From Bacillota bacterium (lineage in GTDB: Bacteria; Bacillota; Clostridia; Christensenellales; Aristaeellaceae), in contig JAEWWY010000585.1 of assembly GCA_023458835.1 (NCBI GenBank), forward strand, positions 1-30,664: 30,664 nt of DNA, read 5' to 3'. Each line of letters starts with the position of its first letter. Position 1 is the first letter of the stretch. Shown here piece by piece: positions 17,269 to 25,304 of this stretch. Below the pieces are notes generated by a model. That model did not search any database, was not told the origin of the DNA, and saw only the letters and a program-made list of their open reading frames with translations. The translations under genes were made by a program, and so were the position numbers.

Positions 17269-18324
17269 TTGAGCATAGCAAAAAAGCCCTTTGGCATAAC
17301 CCCGGACGGACAAGCTGTTGAGCAGTATATCCTTACCAACCGCCATGGTGCCAATGTCAGCATTATCACCTTCGGCGGTATCATTACCTCGATCCAGGTT
17401 CCGGACAAGGCCGGAAAATTGGGCGAGGTGACCTTGGGCTTTGATGAATTGCCGCCCTACCTTGACAAAAACGGCAGCCTGGGCGCGCTGATCGGCAGGT
17501 TCGGCAACCGCATCGCCCGCGGGCAATTCACCCTGGATGGCAAGACGTATCAGCTCGCGCTGACCAACGGCAAGAATCATCTGCATGGCGGCGTGGTGGG
17601 CTTTGGCGTTCAGGTATGGTCCGCCACCCCCGAGGAAGGGGATAGGGAAGACAAGCTGCACCTGCATCTGGTCAGCCCGGACGGCCAGGAGAATTACCCG
17701 GGCACCCTGACGGTGGATGTGACCTATGGCTTCAATGACGCAGGCGAGCTTTCCATCCACTACCGGGCGGTGACCGATAAGGCCACGGTGCTGAACCTGA
17801 CCAACCATGCCTACTTCAATCTGGCCGGGGCGGATGGCCGCACAGTGCTTGGCCATGAATTGACTCTTTATGCCGATTACATCACCGAAACGGATGAGGG
17901 GCTTATTCCCACGGGCAAGCTTCTGCCGGTGGACGGAACGGCCTTTGACTTCCGCACGCCAAGGGTCATCGGTGAAGGCCTTGCAGCCGGCAAAGACGAT
18001 ACGAACCTCCGGTACGGCCTGGGCTATGATCACAACTTTGTGTTGGGCAAGCCTTTTGCAATGAAAAAATGCGCCGTTTTGAAAGACCCTTCTTCCGGCA
18101 GGGTGATGGAGGTCTGCACCGACCAGCCTGCCGTACAGTTCTACACCGCCAACCAGCAGGGCATTTCCGGCCGGAGCGGCACATACTACGGCAAGCAATG
18201 CGCCCTGTGCCTGGAAACGCAGCATTACCCTGATTCTCCCAACCATGAAAACTTCCCCAGCACGGTGCTGCGCCCCGGCGAAGTATACAAAAGCACCACC
18301 ATCTACGCCTTCAAGGCGGAGTGA
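17269..18324 (+). CDS. galM: Aldose 1-epimerase (galactose mutarotase)
   Basis: TTG start with SD AAGGAGG; GALIGRFGNRIARG, NHLHGG, NLTNHAYFNL, GYDHNF, QFYTAN, CLETQHYPDSPN. Confidence 0.96.
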   Translation: MSIAKKPFGITPDGQAVEQYILTNRHGANVSIITFGGIITSIQVPDKAGKLGEVTLGFDELPPYLDKNGSLGALIGRFGNRIARGQFTLDGKTYQLALTNGKNHLHGGVVGFGVQVWSATPEEGDREDKLHLHLVSPDGQENYPGTLTVDVTYGFNDAGELSIHYRAVTDKATVLNLTNHAYFNLAGADGRTVLGHELTLYADYITETDEGLIPTGKLLPVDGTAFDFRTPRVIGEGLAAGKDDTNLRYGLGYDHNFVLGKPFAMKKCAVLKDPSSGRVMEVCTDQPAVQFYTANQQGISGRSGTYYGKQCALCLETQHYPDSPNHENFPSTVLRPGEVYKSTTIYAFKAE

Positions 18325-18335
18325 CCTGATTCAGC

Positions 18336-18366
18336 CAAGCGGCAGGGAGGATATCCCTGCCGCTTG
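18336..18366. terminator. Terminator hairpin between galM and gerA
   Basis: Perfect 13-bp stem CAAGCGGCAGGGA / TCCCTGCCGCTTG followed by TTT. Confidence 0.8.
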
Positions 18367-18372
18367 TTTATG

Positions 18373-19821
18373 CTATCTCTTGCTCCTGGTTTTGTCCTTA
18401 TCCCGCAGATATTTGGGCCTGAGCGGCGAGAAGGAAATATTGAATATCAGGCTGCGCAGGAAATCATACCAGTTGAAGGGCGAGAAAGGGGCCAGATAGG
18501 GCACGCCAAAGCTATCCATGGAGGCCAGGAGGACCACAAGCAGGCACAGAAAGAGGATCAGGCCGTAAAAACCAAACAGAGACGTTGAAAGCAGCGCCAC
18601 GATCTTCAGGATACGGAAGGGATTGATCAGCGAAAAGTCGGGCATGACAAAGGAAGCCAGAAGGGACGAGGATACGACGATCAGCAGCAGCGGGCTGAAG
18701 ATGCCGGCGGCAATGGCGGCCTGCCCGATAACGATGGCGCTGACGATACCGACCGCGGAGCCGATTTGCTTGGGCACGCGCAAGAGCGCTTCCCGCAGAA
18801 GCTCCACAATGAACTCCAGCACCAGTGCGCCTATAATAGGCGGCCATGGCACCTTTGCCTCCATCTCCGCCAGGTCAAGGGCGTATTGGCTGGGCAGGGC
18901 ATCCATGTGGAAGGATGTCAGGGCCACAAAGTAGCTGGATGCTGTCAAAACCAGGAACAGAGACAGGTACCGGATGAGCCGCATGGCAAAACCAAAGTAA
19001 AAGTTGTCGTACCGGTCATCGCAGGAATAAAAAAATTCCGCGAACGTTTTGGGCGCGGACAATGCGATGCCGCTGCCATCCACCAGTATCAGCACCTTGC
19101 CCTCATTCAGTATATGGCTGGCCGTGTCAGACCTTTCCACCAGGCCCATTTGCGGAAAAAAACTAAACCTGGAGCTTTGCAGGTAAACCTCCAATTCGCC
19201 CGAATCGCTGATGGCATCGATATCAATGGCTTCTATTCTTTCCTGAACGAGACGGACGACCGTGGCATTGGCAATGTCCTCAATATAAAAAACAGCCACA
19301 TCTGTTTTTGAGCGCTTTCCCACCTTGAAACACTTGATGCGAAGCTGCGAATCCTTCACACGGTAGCGGATCAAAGAAATGTTCGTGCTCATGCTTTCTA
19401 CAAAGGAATCGCGGGGCCCCCGCAATGTATACTGGATCTGCGGCTCTGAAATGGCCCTGTGCTCCACCTTTTTCAAATTGGCAATAATAAACTCCTCATC
19501 CCAGGACAAAAGGATGACGGTCATCCCGCCCAGGAGGGTATCCCGTATTTTACTGTCGCCGGATTCCAGGTGGCAGTCGTCCGCATACAAAATGTTTTCC
19601 ATCACCTCCTGGGCATCGACCCTTTGAAGGCCTGGCGTGCGCCGTTCAAAATGGAGCACGAGGGGTTTGATCACCAGTTCGGAAAGCAACGCCCGGTCGG
19701 TCAGTTGCCGTATGTACAGGATCTGCACCATCCCGCCCTCAAAGGGAATCGTTCTGCGCGCAAGGGGAAACCCTTCCGCCTCCAGCCCTTTCATAACAGA
19801 ATCGATTCGTGATGCACGCAT
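18373..19821 (-). CDS. Spore germination receptor A subunit (GerA/GerKA family)
   Basis: RAISEP...RGPRDSFVE, IRYRVKD, FPQ...ER.D, EGKVLILVDGS, ELLREA..RVPKQIG..VGIV..IVIGQAA..AG, SFGVPYLAPF. Confidence 0.93.
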   Translation of the reverse strand: MRASRIDSVMKGLEAEGFPLARRTIPFEGGMVQILYIRQLTDRALLSELVIKPLVLHFERRTPGLQRVDAQEVMENILYADDCHLESGDSKIRDTLLGGMTVILLSWDEEFIIANLKKVEHRAISEPQIQYTLRGPRDSFVESMSTNISLIRYRVKDSQLRIKCFKVGKRSKTDVAVFYIEDIANATVVRLVQERIEAIDIDAISDSGELEVYLQSSRFSFFPQMGLVERSDTASHILNEGKVLILVDGSGIALSAPKTFAEFFYSCDDRYDNFYFGFAMRLIRYLSLFLVLTASSYFVALTSFHMDALPSQYALDLAEMEAKVPWPPIIGALVLEFIVELLREALLRVPKQIGSAVGIVSAIVIGQAAIAAGIFSPLLLIVVSSSLLASFVMPDFSLINPFRILKIVALLSTSLFGFYGLILFLCLLVVLLASMDSFGVPYLAPFSPFNWYDFLRSLIFNISFSPLRPKYLRDKDKTRSKR

Positions 19822-19846
19822 GCGGATATTTCAATCCTTTCTTGCC

Positions 19847-20965
19847 TTACTTGGGATCCAGGTCCATTTTGGGTGTGATAGACAAATCTATCTTGGTTTG
19901 CACATCAATCTGCGCATCGGGATATTCCCCGATCCAATTTATCCTGTCGTAGACATCGGGATACGCCATACGGAATGCTTCGCCAAACATCAGGTAATCG
20001 CTTTGAAATTCCTTCTGCGACCTCTCGATGGCTGAGCGGATCTCCTCCTGCAGCGCCTGCTGAAGGCTTTGGGATATTTCCTGCAGCGCCTGTTCATTCA
20101 GCGGGAATAGGAGCGCCTCGCTTGCGTATTGCACGATTGCCTCAAATTCAAACCGCACGGTGAAGCGGACGGCGCCCTCATGGTAGCCCGGCACAATCTT
20201 CTTTTGGGCGACCCTCACCTCCACCGTTGCGTAGTGTTCAGAAAAAGGCACACGGTAGGTCCACACAGGCTTGTCCGCCAGCAAAAAGATAAGCCCTTTT
20301 GCTTCCTCGGCGGGGATAAAGCCGATGCATTTGGCATCGCGGAATACGGAATAACCCATCAGCGCAAGCTGCTTTTCCTTCAGACCTATACAGTGGACCA
20401 CAAAGCCGCGCTCATTGAGAATATCCCCCACATAGTGGGAGGTTGTCTTTCCATAGGTACGCCCGTTCTCCTGCGCCGCCATCAGCATATTGTCCACCGA
20501 ATACCCGCCGGGCGAATCGGTTTCATTTTCAAATTCCACCAAAACTGCCGGGTCCTCTCTTGTTGTAGTCAAAACAACCTTCTGGCGGTAGGAGGAATCC
20601 TCCCTCAGGCGGAACAGGTATTCGGCCAGATCATTTTCCGCAGCGTTCTGGGTGACGACCAGCGTGCGGACCGTGCCCAAATACAGCGGCCTTTCAAAGT
20701 GTGTCTCCAATTCATCCCGCGCTTCCGGAAAATTGGTGCCAACTCCCCTCACGTAGGAATTCTTGGTGCTGGATGTCGACCCTTCCGCTGAACTGGGCAC
20801 TATTTTGGGGATCTCGACAGTAAAGGAAAATTCGTCCCCCCGCTTATCCAGTATCACCATGGTCGAAAGGTCCAGTTCGTTCAGCCTGGTGGAATCCCAG
20901 CAGCCTGTGACCAGCAAGGATAGGGCCATAAGCATGATCATCTGTTTACTGCGCTTTTTGTCCAA
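19847..20965 (-). CDS. Spore germination receptor C subunit, Ger(x)C lipoprotein
   Basis: TTG start; lipobox LLVTGC followed by WD...LNEL typical of GerC; C-terminal QKEFQSDYLMFGE. Confidence 0.9.
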   Translation of the reverse strand: MDKKRSKQMIMLMALSLLVTGCWDSTRLNELDLSTMVILDKRGDEFSFTVEIPKIVPSSAEGSTSSTKNSYVRGVGTNFPEARDELETHFERPLYLGTVRTLVVTQNAAENDLAEYLFRLREDSSYRQKVVLTTTREDPAVLVEFENETDSPGGYSVDNMLMAAQENGRTYGKTTSHYVGDILNERGFVVHCIGLKEKQLALMGYSVFRDAKCIGFIPAEEAKGLIFLLADKPVWTYRVPFSEHYATVEVRVAQKKIVPGYHEGAVRFTVRFEFEAIVQYASEALLFPLNEQALQEISQSLQQALQEEIRSAIERSQKEFQSDYLMFGEAFRMAYPDVYDRINWIGEYPDAQIDVQTKIDLSITPKMDLDPK

Positions 20966-22034
20966 GGCGCCTCACCTTCGCAATCACAAGGAGTAGGGAG
21001 GGTATCAGGAACGCGGAAACCAGGCCGGTAACAGGAATCACCCCTTCAAAGAACAGCGCCGAGTCCTTTGCCGCCTGTGCGACAAGGCTCAGCGCAACGA
21101 TCAGCACACCGGCCAGGAGCACAATGATTTTGCGGTCCACTTTTGAGAATATCTTGCAGGCGTATTCCGCCAAAGCGAGGTAAACGGCACAGACACCCGC
21201 AATCAGCCCGGAAAATCCCACGGTGAGATACAGTATGTCGAACCTCTCCAAGACAGGGTTGTCCACCAGCTTTATGGCTTCAATCAGCGCGTAGTTGTAA
21301 TTTTGAATGTCTTTATAGCCCAGCATCATAATGCTTGTTTCCACAACAAGCACATAAAAGAAACCGATGAACAGCAGCGAAAAAAAAGCGACTCTGGTCG
21401 CTTTTTTGCCATTATCCCTTGTAAAGGGGATGATCATCAATATTTCGATCCCCAGAAAGGACAAAATAACGTCCTTGGTGGCGGTAAGGTAGCGGGGCAT
21501 CTGCGAAGCCTGAAACAAAGGCTGAATGCTGTTTAGGTTGCCCTGGGTCAGCATGATCACATGGGTGGCGATTGCGGTGAACAAATAAATCGGGCCGATG
21601 ATCTCAAAAAACCGGGCAACGCTGTTGACACCCTTGTAGGCAATGCAGCCGAATACCGCCACGCCGGCAATAAGCATCGCCCAGAAGGGTGTTTTGGGGA
21701 AAAATTCGGCCTTCAATACGTTGGCAAGCTGAATGTTGAAGAATATGGCGACCATGGAAAAATACACAACCATGTAGAACGATAGCACATACGCGAGAAA
21801 TTTACCCACAATCTCCTGACTGTATTCGAAAAGCATTTTGCCCGGAAACATATTGCCAAGATGAACGATGATAATAACAAACAGGGAAAAGACAGCCGCC
21901 ACAAGCAGGATGGGCACCCAGGCGGCTCTCCCCGCCTGCTGGGCCAGCACCTTGGGAATATTGATGATGGTATAGGTGGTCAGCGTAAGGTACAGCAAAA
22001 AGAAAATCTGCCGGTTGGTAACTGCACTTTTCAC
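20946..22034 (-). CDS. Spore germination receptor B subunit (GerAB, APC-fold permease)
   Basis: Start moved to GTG 22034 (SD GGAAGGAG). TNRQ, IPKVLAQQAGRAAW, FPGK, PKTP, ARFFE, SFLGIEIL, ERFD; about ten TMs. Confidence 0.9.
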   Translation of the reverse strand: MKSAVTNRQIFFLLYLTLTTYTIINIPKVLAQQAGRAAWVPILLVAAVFSLFVIIIVHLGNMFPGKMLFEYSQEIVGKFLAYVLSFYMVVYFSMVAIFFNIQLANVLKAEFFPKTPFWAMLIAGVAVFGCIAYKGVNSVARFFEIIGPIYLFTAIATHVIMLTQGNLNSIQPLFQASQMPRYLTATKDVILSFLGIEILMIIPFTRDNGKKATRVAFFSLLFIGFFYVLVVETSIMMLGYKDIQNYNYALIEAIKLVDNPVLERFDILYLTVGFSGLIAGVCAVYLALAEYACKIFSKVDRKIIVLLAGVLIVALSLVAQAAKDSALFFEGVIPVTGLVSAFLIPSLLLVIAKVRRLGQKAQ

Positions 22035-22063
22035 CCCGATCGCTCCTTCCCACAGATGGGATA

Positions 22064-22093
22064 TATTCTTCACCGTTTTTCCCGCCGGTATCC
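22064..22093 (-). promoter_or_regulatory. Putative forespore sigmaG/sigmaF promoter of the ger operon
   Basis: Minus strand GGATA-18 bp-AAGAATA (sigmaG-like), also readable as GGATA-15 bp-GTGAAGAATA (sigmaF-like). Confidence 0.5.
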
Positions 22094-22102
22094 TCAACCA
22101 CA

Positions 22103-22146
22103 TAAAAAACCGGCCTTCGGCACCGATGCCAAAGGCCGGTTCTTTT
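22103..22146 (-). terminator. Intrinsic terminator after sipL-like gene
   Basis: AACCGGCCTTcGGCA-ccga-TGCCaAAGGCCGGTT stem followed by a T-run on the minus strand. Confidence 0.8.
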
Positions 22147-22153
22147 ACTCTCT

Positions 22154-23692
22154 TTAGTTCGCCGTATCCCGCCGCCATACCACCACGCCGGTTCCCTGCG
22201 GGACCTCGCTGTCTGTAAGGGAAGGATTCAGCCCGATCAATTGCTGCCTGGGCACACGGTAGCGCTTGGCAATATCCCACAGCGTATCCCCCGGCTGAGC
22301 AAAGTACAGGCTGATGCCGCCTGTAGGAATCGCCGCCTCCTGGCCCTTTACGTCGGATATGATCTTTGCATCCGCCCGGCGTGCGCCATCCACCGTCAGG
22401 CGCAGGATGTATTTCATCTCCACCCGGTCGCTGGTGATGGTCGCCACATCAATATTCCCCGCCTCCAGCGTCAGCCAATCCGCCGGCTCCGCCTCACAGG
22501 CAAAGGCCACCCGGAAAGGCTCCTCCTGGTTAACGGTCACAGGCACATCCGAGTCATCCGTCATGTATAAAAGCGTCACTTCCAGCAGCCCTTCGGCATT
22601 CAGGCGCCCGCCGATCTGCTCCCAGCCCGTAAGGATAGGCCTTGCAAATCCCGCCAGCATCGTTCGGGCAGGCGGGCTGCCCTCCGGAAGCATGATCATG
22701 ACTTTGCCGCTCTCCGCCGTTTGATACCTTGCGTTGCCCACCCGGTAGGAAAGGGGCTTCACCGTCAGTGCCAGGGCTTCGCCCGTTGTGGTGTAAGCGT
22801 CTTTCCACACGGTGGCCGTCTCTTTTTTATCTACGGAGGCCGATACGCCCAGCAGTACCTCCGCCCGCAGGATGCGGCCTGTATCCCCGCCATCCTGGGA
22901 CAGTACCGCCACGTCCTTCACCACTACCTCCCCTGTTAAAAGATCGCCCCGCTGCCCTCCCAGGTCCACCGCCTGCTCAAAAGGCAGCGTATGGCGGGTC
23001 AGCACCAGGGGCCTTGCGGGCAGGTTGGACGCATGGTAGACCTCCAATTGCACCGTACCGGTTACATTGGCCTTTCCCTCGCCTCCGGACACCTCCTGCA
23101 CCATGGCCTGGGCGGTGCCGTACAGCGTTTCCCGGATATCCAGCGCGTTGGGCAGGTCAAACTCATCCCTCAGCAGCGTTTCCGCCGAGCCCTCGCCCAC
23201 TGTCCGCTGCAGCGTCAGCGTCTGGCTGAGGCCTTCCAGGCCCGGCACATCCTGCATGCCGGTGACCACCGCCGCCGGCGTAGCCGACAGCGCCCGGGCC
23301 TCCAGCGCCAGGATGCTTCTAAGCGACAGGCGCCCATTATAAGCCGACGCCTCCGCATGCTCCACCTGGCCGCCTGCCTGGGCGATCATCCTGGGCGCCG
23401 CGTCCTTCACCTCAACGGCATGGCTGAATTCCGTGGAGGCCTCCAGTGCGGCGATTTTTGTGGGATCACCCTGGGTGTACAGCACATGAAAGACAACCTT
23501 TCCCTCAATGGCAACCCGGTCGGACAAAGCCTCCGCCCCGGTGATGACCATCATGGCGCCGGTCTGCAGCACATGGGCTTCCTCCCGGAGGCCGCCGGGC
23601 AGGGTGATCTCCCCCTCTACCGACGCCTGCCCTTTCCCGCTGCCCACCAGCCTTTCCAGCTCCACGTTTTCACGTAATATCCGTAATTCCAT
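22154..23692 (-). CDS. sipL: SPOCS (DUF3794) repeat + LysM spore coat morphogenetic protein, SipL-like
   Basis: Start moved to ATG 23692 (SD GGGAGGG). Three repeats with G..V/L.VLY/H...PF pattern; C-terminal LysM YFAQPGDTLWDIAKRY...LIGLNP. Same architecture as C. difficile SipL. Confidence 0.85.
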   Translation of the reverse strand: MELRILRENVELERLVGSGKGQASVEGEITLPGGLREEAHVLQTGAMMVITGAEALSDRVAIEGKVVFHVLYTQGDPTKIAALEASTEFSHAVEVKDAAPRMIAQAGGQVEHAEASAYNGRLSLRSILALEARALSATPAAVVTGMQDVPGLEGLSQTLTLQRTVGEGSAETLLRDEFDLPNALDIRETLYGTAQAMVQEVSGGEGKANVTGTVQLEVYHASNLPARPLVLTRHTLPFEQAVDLGGQRGDLLTGEVVVKDVAVLSQDGGDTGRILRAEVLLGVSASVDKKETATVWKDAYTTTGEALALTVKPLSYRVGNARYQTAESGKVMIMLPEGSPPARTMLAGFARPILTGWEQIGGRLNAEGLLEVTLLYMTDDSDVPVTVNQEEPFRVAFACEAEPADWLTLEAGNIDVATITSDRVEMKYILRLTVDGARRADAKIISDVKGQEAAIPTGGISLYFAQPGDTLWDIAKRYRVPRQQLIGLNPSLTDSEVPQGTGVVVWRRDTAN

Positions 23693-23727
23693 GTTATTGT
23701 CCCTCCCAGATTGCATCAATCTGGTGA

Positions 23728-23756
23728 TGCATATGCGCGGGAATAAAAATATAGAA
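23728..23756 (-). promoter_or_regulatory. Possible sigmaE promoter for sipL-like gene
   Basis: Minus strand TTCTATA-14 bp-CATATGCA; partial match to consensus. Confidence 0.4.
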
Positions 23757-23978
23757 CAAAACGCGGAGTTACTGTAAACGGCCTTCCTCAAAGCCGGGCG
23801 GCACGATGGCGTGTCACCCCGGGGAATGAAAACGGGCGCGAGTGGAATTCCATGATTCCAAACATGGTTTTTGCCGCATCTTGGCGTGCAAACGCAGTTC
23901 GCCCGCATAAGCCTGGTATCCGAAATGCAGCAGGCGGATAATTCACAATCATCCGTATTCAACAATCTCCGGGGGCAC

Positions 23979-24217
23979 AACGAGGGGGAACCGCAGTTCC
24001 CCCTCGTTCAGACCATCCACAAACTCCTGGGAGGGAGCGGAGGGCCGAAGCCCTCTGATTGCAGATCGAAACTCAGCGACATGTGCGGTGATTTTCGCAG
24101 GAATTTCGGAGAAATTCCTACCTTGCCCGAGCAAACGGCCGTAAAAACCGAAGGTTTTTCAAGTAGCGGCGAGGGAAAAGGCTCAACAAAGTGGCTTTGC
24201 CACTTTGTTGACACGCT
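23979..24217. repeat. Multi-hairpin non-coding element (REP/MITE-like or structured RNA) downstream of spo0A
   Basis: Five perfect palindromes: 23979-24008 (13 bp), 24040-24055, 24099-24119, 24143-24159, 24183-24211 (13 bp; may also act as the spo0A terminator). Confidence 0.7.
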
Positions 24218-24229
24218 AGCAAGCTTTCC

Positions 24230-25003
24230 TTATGCCGTCCTTTCCATCGACAGTTTATCGGCAATCATGGCCACAAACTCGCCGTTGGTGGGTTTGTCTT
24301 CTTTGGAGGCCACCTTGCAGCCGAAAGCACGGTTTAGCGTCTCGATGCGCCCCCGGCTCCAGGCCACCTCGATGGCATGGCGGATGGCCCGCTCCACCTT
24401 GCTGGCGGTGGTATTGAACCTGCGCCCAATGCCGGGATACAGCTCCTTGGTAATTCTGTTGATGACATCAGGATTGTCGATCACCATCTTCACCGCTTCA
24501 CGCAGGAATTGGTATCCCTTGATGTGGGCAGGGATGCCGATGGTCAGGAACAGGCTGGACAAGCGCTCATCCAACGACTGTCCATGGCCGGCCGTCGCGG
24601 CCCGTGTCGGCTCCAGGCTGCGGACGGGCTGGCCCGCGATCTCCCGGATGCGGGCGGCCAGCACCTGCACCTCGAAAGGTTTGACCATATAGTATCTGGC
24701 GCCCAGCTCCACCGCCCGCATGATAAAATCATCACGGCCCAGAGCCGTAAGCACGATCACCTGCGGTATCGGGTCAAAGGACCGCCTGCGCAATTCCTCC
24801 AGGAGGGCGTATCCATCCATCTGGGGCATGATGATATCCATCAGCAGGATATCCACCGACTGTTCTGACAGGATCTGCAGCGCTTCCGCGCCGTTGGAGG
24901 CCTGTCCGACCACGGTGATTCCTTCCTGTTTTGCAAGAAAATCAGCCACCAGCCTGCGCAGTTCCGCATTATCGTCCACCAGCAATACTCGGATTCCTTC
25001 CAT
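24230..25003 (-). CDS. spo0A: Sporulation master regulator Spo0A
   Basis: Receiver domain (LVDDN, phosphoacceptor in MDIIMPQMDG, KPF) plus Spo0A C-domain PAHIKGYQFLREA, ITKELYP, TTASKVERAIRHAIEVAWSRG, KPTNGEFVAMIADKL. Confidence 0.98.
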   Translation of the reverse strand: MEGIRVLLVDDNAELRRLVADFLAKQEGITVVGQASNGAEALQILSEQSVDILLMDIIMPQMDGYALLEELRRRSFDPIPQVIVLTALGRDDFIMRAVELGARYYMVKPFEVQVLAARIREIAGQPVRSLEPTRAATAGHGQSLDERLSSLFLTIGIPAHIKGYQFLREAVKMVIDNPDVINRITKELYPGIGRRFNTTASKVERAIRHAIEVAWSRGRIETLNRAFGCKVASKEDKPTNGEFVAMIADKLSMERTA

Positions 25004-25114
25004 TTGTCTACCACCTTCCCGATCATTTGTAATGTTCTTTGCATTAGTTTGCCATTAATCGTGGTTGATGTGGGAATTCTGGAGTATTTGTGATTTTTTT
25101 CATCATATGCGTGC

Positions 25115-25123
25115 ATTATAGCA
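25115..25123 (-). promoter_or_regulatory. Extended -10 sigmaA promoter of spo0A
   Basis: Minus strand TGCTATAAT in an AT-rich upstream region. Confidence 0.6.
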
Positions 25124-25254
25124 TAAATATGATTCCGTTAGTAGCATCTGATAAAAAAAAATGGTTTATGACAACATAAATGACAATCTTACACAAATCG
25201 ACGCATATTCGCGTGATTTATGCGGCCTTATGCCAAGCGCATCCGGCAGATATG

Positions 25255-25298
25255 AAAAAAGAAAAAGCCCGCTTCTGGAACTTCTTCCGAAGCGGGCT
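25255..25298 (-). terminator. Intrinsic terminator ending the upstream four-gene operon
   Basis: AGCCCGCTTC...GAAGCGGGCT stem (25266-25298) followed on the minus strand by TTTTCTTTTTT. Confidence 0.85.
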
Positions 25299-25304
25299 GT
25301 CTGA

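Noticed and set aside
23693..23980. N-terminal extension of the sipL ORF, and similar extensions of gerB, galM and the exonuclease
   Set aside because: They run through promoters, terminators or neighbouring genes; better SD-supported starts lie downstream.
23979..24217. CRISPR array or tRNA interpretation of the hairpin cluster
   Set aside because: The palindromes differ in sequence, there are no regularly spaced identical repeats, no cas genes and no cloverleaf or TTCGA arm.
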